Positions 37,401 through 50,300 of a DNA stretch of 64,000 bases are shown here, piece after piece. The stretch comes from Malacoraja senta. Lineage: Eukaryota. How positions within the stretch are numbered: position 1 is the first letter of the stretch; every line of letters starts with the position of its first letter. The stretch spans positions 4,156,001 through 4,220,000 of the forward strand of contig CM075999.1 in the NCBI GenBank assembly GCA_038087875.1, given 5' to 3'. The notes under the pieces were generated by a model. That model had not been told where the DNA came from and ran no database searches. It worked only from the letters and a program-made list of their open reading frames with translations. The position numbers and the translations under genes are program-made.

Positions 37401-38779
37401 TTTTGGGTCAGGGAATATCTGTGGAGGGAACGGGAGAAGGGTCCTAATCCGAAACGTCCACCACACCATACCCCCCCCCCCCCCACACACACACACACAC
37501 AAATGCTGCCTGACCCACTGAGTCTGTCCATTCCCTCCACAAATGCTGCCTGAGTTGTTGAGTTCCTCCAGCACTTTCTTCCTTCCTCACCATGAACTGT
37601 CTTACCTTATCCCTGGCTCCAGCTACAAGCAGCACTAGAACTGGATTTAATCTCCCGTCAATAACATTTCTCAATACCTTATGGATTTGCACTGTAGTTA
37701 AATGGCTGTTCTCGATTTCCAAGATGCTTTAAGGTTTGATATATGAATGTCAATTTATAAATCACGCCTGTGCCGTTGAATGCAGAATGTGTGGGTTGTG
37801 CCTGTTGACTATGTTTGTCACTACATTGCAAGAATGTGGGGCCAGGTGATTAGTTCTGTGCTCAGTGGTAAACAACTGGCCATCTGGTGTTTTGTCCGAG
37901 TTTCCTTGTCAATGAGGTGTTGTTTTTAATACCTGGTGGCGGGAAATATTGAATGATCTGATCGAGGTTCAATGATCTGATCAAGGTTCGAGACTGGAGA
38001 CACACAAACAGCGCTCCAAACCACAATGTGACTGGATAGCATGAAGAACAAGCATTTCACTGTATCTCAGTACATGCAATAAATAAACTAATGTAAATAA
38101 AGTAACTAATTTGTTGCAAGGATCTGGATCACAGGAATTGCCACCTAGTGTATTGGGAGTGGATGAAAAGTGGGATAATGTAGAACTAGTGTGAATGGGT
38201 GATCAACAGTTGGCGCGGGCTCAGTGGGCCGAAGGGCCTGTTTCTATGCTGTATCTCGAAACTAAACAAACAACAATCCACTGCTTAGAGATATTAACAG
38301 TTGAAAGATCTGGTCAAATATTACAGACCATATTTGGTAATAAATCCAATTATCATCTTACCAATGTGAGACCACTTTGGAAGGAAGTACAGTCAATGTA
38401 CAGATACCAGTGGAACATCAGCAACCCTAAACAGGAACTCTGTTTCTCTCCCCACAGGCGCTGCCCGGCCTGCTGAGCATTTATATTTTCTACCTTTATT
38501 TCAGATTTTCTGCATCTGCAGCTTCCTCAGTTTATTGAAGGCCTGTCTCTGCCCATTGTTTGGTTCAGGACATACAAATATCGTGAATACTTGCCGATTC
38601 CTCGAGGATGAGGTGAAGCCAAGACCCACAGCCCATTGTCATCACACCAGCCATTGTCACTTGATGTAATAGATGGGATGAGACTTTTCCCCAGAGTCTG
38701 GGAATCAGGAACCAGAAGACATAGGTTTAAGGTGAGAGGGGAAAGATTCAATAGGAACCTGAGGGACAACTTTTCACTT

Positions 38780-39190
38780 AGTAACCTTCCACCATCACCC
38801 TCTGCTTCCTTCCATGAAGCCAATTTGCTATCCATTCAGCTATCTCTCCTTGGATCCTATGCGATCTATCCTTCAAGAGCAGCCTTCCAAGCGGTACCTT
38901 GTCGAATGCCTTACTGAAATCCATGTACACAACATCTACAGATCTGCCCTCATCGACATTTTTGGTCAGGTCTTCAAAAAAATCAATCAGTTTTGTGAGA
39001 CACGACCTCCCACGTACAAAACCATGCTGACTATCCCAAATCAGCCCTTGCCCATCCAAATACCCGTATAACCTATCTCTTAGAATACTCTCCAGTAACT
39101 TTCCAACTACAGATGTTAAGCTCACTGGCCTATAGTTCCCAGCATTTTCCTGCAGCCCTTCTTGAAAAGAGGCACAACATTTGCCATCCT
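38780..39190 (-). mobile_element. CR1 LINE internal RT fragment
   Basis: NYRPVSLTSVVGKLLESI...QHGFVRGRSCLT...DFSKAFDKVP. Confidence 0.88.
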
Positions 39191-40384
39191 CCAGTTTTCC
39201 GTTGCCTGACAATAGGTTGGAACAAACTGTCCCTGAATCTGGAGGTGTGTATTCTCACATCTCTATACCTCTTGCCTGATGGAAAAGGGGAGATCTTTAC
39301 ATTTTAAATTTAAGTTTTAATTTTACTGATAGTGTAGAAACAGGCCCTTTGGCCCACCGAGTCCACGACAACCATCAATCACCCCATACGCTAGTTCTAT
39401 CCTACACTCTAGCGGCAATTTACAGAAGCCAATTAACCTACAAACCTGCATGTCTTTGTAGTATGGGAGAAAACACAGCTTCTTGCCTTGTCACACCTTG
39501 ACCAGCTGCCTGGCACAGGGGATTGAGCTGGTGTGTTAGCATTGTTCAATGATTGCCACAACATGACAATGAAGTGTGGAAGTTGACACTGGGGCAGAAG
39601 CTGTGCTGGGTCACCAGGAACCTCATTACAACCCGTCTCGGGGCAACCGCTCCAGGTGCAGACACCAAGCCAACACCAGCTGTGTCGGTGCCTCTACCAA
39701 GCCTTCCTGTTCACCTGGCAAAGGGGGGTAAACCACAGCGACCACACGCCCAGTTACAGCTCAGTCTGGGACCTGCATAGAAACTGCATGCAGCACCTGC
39801 TTCCATGAACATAGAAGAGGAATAAGAATGGGACTTTCAGACCACAATATCTGTGCTGAAAATGAGGCCATCACTTATCTGTCTGCACATGACCCATATG
39901 GTGCTTCAGCCCACAATGTCTATGCTGTTTATGATGCCAAGTTAAACTAACCCACTCTGCAAGCACATGTCCCATATCCCTTCATTCCCTGCAGGTCCAT
40001 GTCCCAATCCAAAAATCTTTTAAACACCACTATGGTATCTGCCTCCACCACCACCCCTGGCAGCACATTCCAGGCCCCCACCACCCTCTGTTTAAAAAAT
40101 CTGCCCCCCGCACATCTCCTTTAAACTTTGCCCCTCTCACCTTAAACCTATGCCCGCTAGTATTTGATTTTTCCATCCTGCGAAAAAGATTATGACTGCT
40201 TTACCTATACCTCTTGTTATCTTATACATTTCTATCAGGTCTCCCTACAACCTCTGGCTTTGCAGAGAAAACAAGCCAAGTCTGTCCAACCTCACCCTCG
40301 AATCCAGGCATCATTCTGGTCAACTCCTCTGCACTCTCTCCAAAGCCTCCACAACCTGTAATGGGACGACCTGAACCCGACCTG

Positions 40385-41160
40385 AACAGGAAAGTAGACT
40401 ATTATCTGAATGGTGGCCGATTAGGAAAAGGGGAGATGCAACGAGACCTGGGTGTCATGGTACACCAGTCATTGAAAGTAGGCATGCAGGTGCAGCAGGC
40501 AGTGAAGAAAGCAAATGGTATGTTAGCATTCATAGCAAAAGGATTTGAGTATAGGAGCAGGGAGGTTCTACTGCAGTTGTACAGGGTCTTGCTGAGACCA
40601 CACCTGGAGTATTACGTACAGTTTTGCTCTCCGAATCTGAGGAAAGACATTTTTGACATAGAGGGAGTACAGAGAAGGTTCACCAGACTGATTCCTGGGA
40701 TGGCAGGACTTTCATATGAAGAAAGACTGGATAGACTCGGCTTGTACTCGCTAGAATTTAGAAGATTGAGGGGGGATCTTATAGAAACGTACAAAATTCT
40801 TAAGGGGTTGGACAGGCTAGATGCAGGAAGATTATTCCCGATGTTGGGGAAGTCCAGAACTAGGGGTCACAGTTTAAGGATAAGAGGGAAGTCTTTTAGG
40901 ACCGAGATGAGAAAATCATTTTTTACACAGAGAGTGGTGAATCTGTGGAATTCTCTGCCACAGAAGATAGTTGAGGCCAGTTCATTGGCTATATTTAAGA
41001 GGGAGTTAGATGTGGCCCTTGTGGCTAAAGGGATCAGGGGGTATGGAGAGAAAGCAGGGATGGGATACTGAGTTGGATGATCAGCCATGATCATATCGAA
41101 TTGCGGTGCAGGCTCGAAGGGCCGAATGGCCTACTCCTGTACCTATTATCTATGTTTCTA
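40385..41160 (+). mobile_element. CR1 LINE 3' fragment, young
   Basis: RKVDYYLNGGRLGK...FFTQRVVNLWNSLP...GYGEKAG; tail TCTATGTT runs into a microsatellite. Confidence 0.93.
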
Positions 41161-41412
41161 TGTGTCTATGTGTCTATATTTCTATATTTCTATGTGTCTA
41201 TGTGTCTATGTGTGTATGTTTCTATGTTTCTATGTGTGTATGTGTATGTGTGTATGTTTCTATGTTTCTATGTATCTATGTTTCCATGTGCCTATGTGTG
41301 TATGTTTCTATGTATCTATGTGTGTATGTTTCTATGTGTGTATGTGTATGTGTGTATGTTTCTATGTTTCTATATTTCTATGTGTCTATGTATCTATGTG
41401 TGTATGTTTCTA
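41148..41412. repeat. Degenerate (TCTATGTT/TGTATG)n microsatellite continuous with the CR1 tail
   Basis: Seen directly downstream of the CR1 3' UTR. Confidence 0.9.
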
Positions 41413-43079
41413 GTCTATCTGCAATACTCCAAATAATGTAATGTGCAAGAGGAGGTCTGTACTGTTCCGTGGCCGAGGTCGGATCAGGGTCGTGAAGGTC
41501 AGTTCAAGAACCTGATGGTTTCGGGAAAGTAGCTGCTGCTGAATAATTTATGTATAATTTATTAAATTGTCATTTAAAACTGGGGTGCATGGAAACTTCT
41601 GGAATTCTCTTCCTCTGAGGATGGTGGAAGCCAAATCTTTGGCACTATTCAAGGTGGATATAAATAAACATTTGAATGATCGAGGAAATAAAAATGATGG
41701 GGAGCTGGTACAGAGAGCCCAGCATTGATCAGCCAGGGTCACAGTGGACAGACAGGCATCTGTCAGGGCAAAGAGACTCTCTTTACATTCTTCTTCCTGA
41801 GGTTAACTTGCAAAATTGGACAAATTATTGGCCAGTTAGATTCAGTACATGATTACTGTACATGGGTATGACACATGGGTATGGTACATGAGTGCTGAAC
41901 ATGAGTAATGTACATAATACATGAGCACGATACGACCAACATTCCAAAATCGTCATCTATGTTCCAATGATTAGCAAATTGATATTCTATCATTATTATA
42001 ATGACAACACAATGATAGGATTTACAACTGGAATGTAGAATGGTGTTAGATGAATCCAGGAGATTATTCGTCTCAATGGGAAATTTTCAACATGTGTGAA
42101 TGGAATCATTGTCCATTATTCAAATTGAAAAATACTAACAATTGCAAATGTTCAATTTTAATGCCAGAATAAGATTTCCTTCATAGGATGATTTTCCTTT
42201 GGGATTTCTAAGCGGAGAAGAACATGATTATCTGATCAGGGATGTGATGGATTTGCAGCGTTACTATTCACACAGTTGAATAATATGTTTACCATCGGAT
42301 GGTCCATTAGAAGATGTGAACAGCTTTGTCTCCTGCAGCGTGTTCAGTGGGGAGCCGATGTACAGTGTGTGACCCAATGAGACAATGGCTGAAGCAAAAC
42401 CAGACCTGGACCAAAAGGAGAACCAGCTGAATATGAATCCACTTCAGACGATGGATTTAACTCGTCCCTGGTGATTCACTGAAGGAATATATTGGACTCA
42501 GAGCAGCCTGATCAGTGACAGGGGGTTCGATCGATCATTCAGCTAAGTGCTGTTGTCCCTTAACTTATTGATCATGGGCTGAATGCATTCAATTAGCATC
42601 AACTACATCAGGTTGAATGAATAGGGCATTGTGTTAAAGGCTATTAAAATAGACCTTGTATCAAATTGGAGCCAAAATGTTGACATTTAAACTCACCTAA
42701 CAGGAGGAAGAAAGTGGGAATGCATGGGTCAGGAATGAGACCTAACTCCCAAATTTGGCGGAGTGGTGGCAGATGGAATTTAATGCAGACAAGTATGAGA
42801 TCATGCATTTCAGGATATGCAAAGTAAACGACAGGGACGTCGGCAATGTTAATGTCAGAGGGACCTTGGAACACAAATGCCCACATAACTCCCTGAAAAT
42901 GACAGTGTGGGTGGAGAGGGGTGAAGAAAGATTTCGACATGCCTGCCTTCATCAACTGTCGCATTGATCAGGCCATACTTGTAGTAATGTGTACAGTTCT
43001 GGTTACCACACCAGAGGAAGTGTGTGGTTCCATGAACTTACACCACCATGGGCTTGTTTAGCACCAATCTGATCTGAAT

Positions 43080-43715
43080 CTGAATCTTGGCCTGCCTCCA
43101 ATGCCAGAATAACCATTCTGACATTGCTTAATTTGGGAACAGCTCCATCCAGGACCACAAAAAATTGCAACGAATTGTGGGCGCAGCCCAGACCATCACA
43201 CAATCCAACCTCCCTACTATTGACCATTTATACCTCACACATCCTGAGCAAGGCCAGCAGCATAATCAATAATGAGTCTCTCCCCGGTCACTCCCTCTTC
43301 TCCCCTCTCCCATCAAGCAAAAGGTACAGAAGTGTGAAAACGCACACCTACAGATTCAGGGACAGTTTTTCCCCAGCTGTTATCAGGCAATTGGACCATC
43401 CTACCACCAACTAGAGAGCGGTGCTGAACTACTATCTACCTATTTGATGACCCTCAGACTCTCCTTGTTCGGACTTTGCTGGCTTTACCTTGCACTGAAC
43501 GTTATTCCCTTATCATGTATCTATACACTGTAAAGACATTGATAGTAATCATGTATCGTCACAAAATGCTGGAGTAACTCAGCGGGACAGGCAGCATCTC
43601 TGGAGAGAAGGGATTGTAATCATGTATTGTCTTTCTGCTGACTGGTTAGCATGCCACAAAAGCTTTTCACAGTACCTTGGTACATGTGACAATAAACTAA
43701 ACTGAACTAAATAAA
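43080..43715 (+). mobile_element. Rex1/Babar-like LINE 3' fragment with tail, interrupted by a Penelope-derived piece
   Basis: PGHSLFSPLPSSKRYRSVKTHTYRFRDSFSPAVIRQL; tail ...gtgacaataaactaaactga; provides the empty-site version of the hAT insertion at 33711. Confidence 0.7.
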
Positions 43716-45584
43716 GAGACCAGAAGTGTGTCCAGATGTGGCCACACTACACCGTGTACAACTGGAACAATACCTCACTATTTCCAAACTCTCACTCTTT
43801 CACATGAAGGTCATCGGGCCATGCCTGTGGCCACGGTCATGCACCACACACCCAGATCTCTCTGATATTTACTCATCTGCTGACTTTCCCCATTTGGATA
43901 ATAATACAGGTGGTACTATTTGATTATGGGTTAAGGGGAGAAGACAGGAGAATGGAGTTGAGAGGGATAGATAGATCAGCCATGACTAAATGGGCCGAAT
44001 GACCCAATTTTGTTCCAATCACTTATGAATAGATTCTTCCTCCTGCCGTTAACTTGCATAATTGGGCATATGATTGGCAAGTGAAATTCAGTGCAGGAAA
44101 ATGCAAGGTGACACATTCTCATGTCCCCTGGACATAGTGGGGCATTTTGATTGAGAACAAGCAGGGTTCTTTCTAGAGGAATGGAATTAACTATAAGGTA
44201 GATATACTAACCCTCATTGGAGCAATTTGCAGATAATGCCACTGCAGTGGTTGGATCTCCAATAATAATGAGATGGAGTACGGGAAGGGTAGAAACATAG
44301 AAACACGGACAATAGGTGCAGGAGTAGGCCATTCGGCCCTTAGTGCCAGCACCGCCATTCAATATGATCATGGTTGAACATCCAAAATCAGTACCCCGTT
44401 CCTGCTTTCTCCCCATATCCCTTGATTCCATTAGCCCTAAGAGCTAAATCTAACTCTCTCTTGAACACGTACCGAGATACAGTGAAATCCATCTTCTCCA
44501 CAGATGCTGCTCCCAACAAATGTTGTCTTTTTAAGATCCTTGTGTCGACGGTAAATGCTTGTTCGGTGACCGTCAAATCATACCGTACATGCAAGAGATG
44601 TCAGTTACAGTGAACAGAGGGGTCAATGATGGTGGACAGAGAGGTCAGTGACAGGGGTCAAGGACAGTGGACAGAGAGGTCAGTAACAGTGGATAGAGGG
44701 CTCAATGAAGGTGGTCAGAAGTCATTGACGGAGGGATCAAGGACAGAGTTCACGGATGGTGCCAGGACAACAACAACTGGCTCGAATAAGATGCCCTCTC
44801 ATCCTTCTAAACTCCAGAGTATACAAGCCCAGCCGCTCCATTCATTCAACATATGACAGTCCCGCCTGTAGAGCAGAGACTTATCCTACTGGTAACACAC
44901 TGGTGGCGCAAGTGGGCAAGGAGGTGTGAGAGGCAAGGGGCGGGTTTGCCGTCATCTGTCAGGGCATACAATGCAGGAGTTAGGACGTCATGTCGCAGGT
45001 GTACAAGACGTTGGTGACACCACACTCTGACCAAACTCCCCGCTGCCACCATCACCACAACAAACAAGCCGAAACACACAGAGGCGCTCGGAAGTAAACA
45101 TCTCTAAAAGATGCACAATTCTGATGATTTTCACTGCCACGTCTGAAATAAACAGAGTGAGGGGTGCAGTGTGAGTTGTACCCTCAGCCAGTGGCGAGAT
45201 GGGGTCGGTGGCGGGGAGCGCGGCCGCAGGTGTTTAGACCATGGGGTGACAATGTGCTACTTGTTCCTCAGAAACTGATCATATTATTGTTCTAGAACCT
45301 TCTCTTGCCCACATGGACCTTGGACAGAGTTCTCCCAGAGATCAACATTAAATGTCATTGTAGTCACACGCTAAAGTTTTATTCAATACAATGAAATGAA
45401 GGCGCGAGCAACTGTTGGTGCAGAACAAGTGCTGGAGTAACTCAGCGGGTCAGGCAGCATCCGCCGGGAACGACCCACCCACGTCCTCCACAGATGCTGC
45501 CTGACCCGCTGAGTTCCTCCAGCATTTGTTCTGCTCACTCGGGTGAAGGAAGGGCAGCGATGTGGGTGGTATTTGAAGACTATT

Positions 45585-45590
45585 TTTATT
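45585..45590 (-). promoter_or_regulatory. Candidate polyadenylation signal of FAM229A (AATAAA); a second candidate lies at 45378-45383
   Basis: TTTATT on the plus strand, 100 nt downstream of the stop codon. Confidence 0.5.
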
Positions 45591-45689
45591 GCATGTACAG
45601 AGACATTTTCTGAGGCAGCCACTACAATACCCTAGTCTTCCACTACCTGCTCCCATATTCTCACATTTATACTAATATTCCGTGGCTGG

Positions 45690-45792
45690 TTACGTGGCGC
45701 GGGCCGGAGGGTTCCTGTCCATCGCGATATACACATCGATGGACACGTGTGGAATCGTCAGGCAGTGACTCCCCGGACATCTCCTCAGCTGT
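45690..45792 (-). CDS. FAM229A: FAM229A-like protein, last coding exon
   Basis: Branch point CTAAC, pyrimidine tract ccttttctcccccgccAG|A, then (R)QLRRCPGSHCLTIPHVSIDVYIAMDRNPPARAT*. This matches the FAM229 motif LRRCPGxHCLT and the FAM229A-type ending VxIDVYxAMxxxPxARAT; phase matches the upstream exon. Confidence 0.9.
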
Positions 45793-45819
45793 CTGGCGGG
45801 GGAGAAAAGGCTGCGGTTA

Positions 45820-46312
45820 GGTGTACACAAGGGCATTGAACAGCGTACACAGGTGTACACACGGACATAGAACAGCGTACACATGTGCACACACGGACAT
45901 AGAACAGCGTACACATGAGGTGTACACACGGACATAGAACAGCGTACACATGAGGTGTACACACGGGCATAGAACAGCGTACACAGGTGTACACACGGAC
46001 ATAGAACAGCGTACACATGAGGTGTACACACGGACATAGAACAGCGTACACATGACGTGTACACACGGACATAGAACAGCGTACACAGGTGTACACACGG
46101 ACATAGAACAGTGTACACAGGTGTACACACGGACATAGAACAGCGTACACAGGTGCACACACGGACATAGAACAGCGTACACATGAGGTGTACACACGGA
46201 CATAGAACAGCGTACACATGAGGTGTACACACGAACATAGAACAGCGTACACAGGTGTACACACGGACATAGAACAGCGTACACAGGAGGTGTACACACG
46301 GACATAGAACAG
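45820..46312. repeat. 31/35-bp minisatellite (GTGTACACACGGACATAGAACAGCGTACACA[TGA]G), ~14 copies
   Basis: Tandem units directly abutting the branch point of the FAM229A last intron. Confidence 0.95.
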
Positions 46313-47176
46313 AGTATAGGGGCGGCGCAGCGGTGACGTTTCACAAAGTGCTGGAGTAACTCAGCGGGTCAGGCAGCATCTGTGGTGAGAAGGAATGGGT
46401 GATGTTACGGGTCGAGACCCAGAAACGTTACTCCAGCTTTTTGTGTCTGTCTTTAGTTTTACGCTGGGGTTTGTTTTGCGAATGCGTCGGCGTTGTTGGT
46501 CCAGGTCAACCACTTGACCAGCGTAACTATCGCAGACCCATCATCCGGCGGTAACATTATCACCCCAGAGTCCGCGTCCCGACCCGAAACCTCACCTATC
46601 CATGTTCTCCACAGATGCTGCCTGACCCGCCGAGTTACTCCAGCACTCTGGACTTTTTTTGCGGGGAATGTCAACTTGGTCGGCATGGACAAGGTGGGCC
46701 GAAGGGCCTGTTTCCGTACTACACGGCTCTATGACTCTCCAAGTTCACTGTTTACAGGTTAGGAAACCTCCCGGTGCCCGGGCAAGGGGCGCAGTGAGGA
46801 GACGAGTATGCGGCCGGGTGTCGGGACGGGTCTGGCGCACAGATTGACGGAGCGGGACCGGGAGACCGGGGCCATCGCGCCGGCGCTTCTGCCTTCAACC
46901 TGCGGCGAGACGGCCCGGGCTCTGTGGCGTCACAGCGACCTCGCCCCGGCCCCGGGATCTCGGTGACTTCAGGCCTTTCACAGCCGACAAACTGAATGCC
47001 TCCTTTCCCCGTGGCCCTCGGACCGGGACAGACCGGGACAGGGCGAGCTGGGCCGGGCCGAGCCGAGCGTCGCCCAGCCGGTCTGTGAGATTAAGCCGGC
47101 ATTGCTGATTGCCGGTGCCCGTGACGCGCGGGGTCCTGGGCGCGGTCCCACGGTCGCGCCGGCGGCGCGCACCTAC

Positions 47177-47295
47177 CTGGCGGCTCGCTGGCTCGGGAGC
47201 TCGGGCTCCGGATTGAGTGGCCGAGACAGAGAGCCCTTCGAATCGCCCGCCTCGATCGGGAATCTCCGTGGCTCGGTGTGCGTCGGGGAGCTCAT
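47177..47295 (-). CDS. FAM229A: FAM229A-like protein, first coding exon
   Basis: Acceptor (c)n-ac[46 protein letters not shown] + AG|GTAGGT donor (phase 2). [10 protein letters not shown] is the FAM229A signature; spliced product 73 aa. Confidence 0.9.
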
Positions 47296-47333
47296 CTCTG
47301 TGGGGGGGGGGGGAGGCAGAACAATGTCAGGCC

Positions 47334-50300
47334 GGGCGCGGGCACGATGTGGGCGCGGGCACGATGTGGACAAGGTGTGGGCGCGGGCACGATGTGGGCG
47401 CGGGCATGGTGAGGGTGCGGGCAAGGTGGGTGCGGGCATGGTGTGGGTGCGGGCACGGTTTGGGCATGGGCACGGTGTGGGTGCGGGCATGGTGTGGGTG
47501 CGGGCACGGTTTGGGCATGGGCACGGTGTGGGTGCGGGCATGGTGTGGGTGCGGGCACGGTTTGGGCATGGGCACGGTGTGGGCTCGGGCACGGTGAGGG
47601 TGCGGGCAAGGTGGGTGCGGGCATGGTGTGGGTGCGGGCACGGTTTGGGCATGGGCACGGTGTGGGCTCGGGCACGATGTGGGCGCGGGCAGGATGTGGG
47701 CGCGGGCACGCTGTGGGTGCGGGCGTGATGTGGACAAGGTGTGGGAGCGGGCACGGGCACGGGCACGGTGTAGGCATGGGCACGGTGTGGGCGCGGGCAT
47801 GATTCTCCACAGATGCTGCCTGATGGCATGGGCACTGTGAGTACTGGTGCGGGCACAATGTGGGTGAGGGTGCGGGCACTGAGGGTGAGGGCGCGGACAC
47901 GGTGTGGGTGCGGGCACTGAGGGTGAGGGCGCGGACACGGTGTGGGTGCGGGCACTGAGGGTGAGGGCGCGGACACGGTGTGGGTGCGGGCACTGAGGGT
48001 GAGGGCGCGGACACGGTGTGGGTGCGGGCACTGAGGGTGGGGGCGCGGACACGGTGTGGGTGCGGGCACTGTGAGGAAGAGGGCACGGTGTGGGTGCGGG
48101 CACGGTGTGGGTGCGGGCATGGTGTGGGTGCGGGCACGGTGTGGGTGCGGGCACGGTGTGGGCGCTGGCACGGTGAGGGTGCGGGCAAGGTGGGTGCGGG
48201 CATGGTGTGGGCACGGGCACGGTGACGGTGTGGGTGCGGGCACGGTTTGGGCATGGGCACGGTGTGGGTGCGGGCACGGTGAGGGTGAGGGTGCGGTGTG
48301 GGTGCGGGCACGGTGTGGGCGCTGGCACGGTGTGGGTGCGGGCACGGTGAGGGTGAGGGTGTGGGTGCGGGCATGGTGTGGGCGCTGGCACGGTGTGGAT
48401 GCGGGCACGGTGTGGGTGCGGGCACAGTGTGGGTGCGGGCATGGTGTGGGTGCGGGCACGGTGTGGGTGCGGGCACGGTGAGGGTGAGGGTGAGGGTGCG
48501 GTGTGGGTGCGGGCACGGTGTGGGTGCGGGCACAGTGTGGGTGCGGGCACGGTGTGGGCGCTGGCACGGTGTGGGTGCGGGCACGGTGAGGGTGAGGGTG
48601 TGGGTGCGGGCACGGTGTGGGCGCTGGCACGGTGTGGGTGCGGGCACGGTGTGGGTGCGGGCACGGTGTGGGTGCGGGCACGGTGAGGGTGAGGGTGAGG
48701 GTGCGGTGTGGGTGCGGGCACGGTGTGGGTGCGGGCACAGTGTGGGTGCGGGCATGGTGTGGGTGCGGGCACGGTGAGGGTGAGGGTGAGGGTGCGGTGT
48801 GGATGCGGGCATGGTGTGGGTGCGGGCACAGTGTGGGTGCGGGCATGGTGTGGGTGCGGGCACAGTGTGGGTGCGGGCATGGTGTGGGTGCGGGCATGGT
48901 GTGGGTGCGGGCACAGTGTGGGTGCGGGCATGGTGTGGGTGCGGGCACGGTGTGGGTGCGGGCACGGTGAGGGTGAGGGTGAGGGTGCGGTGTGGGTGCG
49001 GGCACGGTGTGGGTGCGGGCACAGTGTGGGTGCGGGCATGGTGTGGGTGCGGGCACGGTGTGGGTGCGGGCACGGTGAGGGTGAGGGTGAGGGTGCGGTG
49101 TGGATGCGGGCACGGTGTGGGTGCGGGCACAGTGTGGGTGCGGGCACAGTGAGGGTGCGGGCACGGTGAGGGTGAGGGTGTGGGCACGGTGTGGGTGCGG
49201 GCACGGTGTGGGTGCGGGCACGGTGTGGGTGCGGGCACAGTGAGGGTGCGGGCATGGTGCGGGCACGGTGTGGGTGCAGGCACGGTGAGGGTGAGGGTGC
49301 GGGCATGGTGTGGGTGCGGGCACGGTGTGGGTGCGGGCACGGTGTGGGTGCGGGCACGGTGTGGGTGCGGGCACGGGGTGGGTGCGGGCACAGTGAGGGT
49401 GCGGGCACGGTGAGGGTGAGGGTGCGGGCACGGTGTGGGTGCGGGCATGGCGAGGGTGCGGGCACAGTGAGGGTGCGGGCATGGTGTGGGCACGGTGTGG
49501 GTGCGGGCACGGTGCGGATGAGGGTGCGGGCATGGTGTGGGCACGGTGTGGGTGCGGGCACAGTGTGGGTGCGGGCATGGTGCGGATGAGGGTGCGGGCA
49601 TGGTGTGGGCACGGTGTGGGTGCGGGCACAGTGAGGGTGCGGGCATGGTGCGGATGAGGGTGCGGGCATGGTGCGGGCACGGTGTGGGTGCGGGCATGGT
49701 GTGGGCGGAGGCACGGTGAGGGTGCGGGTGTGGGTGCGGGCACGGTGAGGGTGCGGGCACGGTGAGGGTGAGGGTGTGGGTGCGGGCATGGTGCGGGCAC
49801 GGTGTGGATGCGGGCACGGTGTGGGTGCGGGCACGGTGAGGGTGCGGGCACGGTGAGGGTGAGGGTGTGGGTGCGGGCATGGTGCGGGCACGGTGTGGGT
49901 GCGGGCACGGTGTGGGTGCGGGCACTGTGAGGGTGCGGGCACAGTGTGGGTGCGGGCACGGTGAGGGTGCGGGCACGGTGAGGGTGCGGGCACGGTGAGG
50001 GTGAGGGTGCGGTGTGGGCACGGGCACGGTGAGGGTGTGGGCACGGTGTGGGTGCGGGCACGGTGTGGATGCGGGCACGGTGTGGGTGCGGGCATGGTGT
50101 GGGCACGGGCACGGTGACGGTGTGGGTGCGGGCACGGTTTGGGCATGGGCACGGTGTGGGTGCGGGCACAATGTGGGTGCGGGCACGGTGAGGGTGAGGG
50201 TGCGGTGTGGGTGCGGGCACGGTGTGGGCGCTGGCACGGTGTGGGTGCGGGCACGGTGAGGGTGAGGGTGCGGTGTGGGCACGGGCACGGTGAGGGTGTG

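Noticed and set aside
1..45000. MARCKSL1, HDAC1 or BSDC1 exons expected from human synteny
   Set aside because: No MGSQSSK / KKKKKFSFKK or other recognisable motifs found by eye in either strand.
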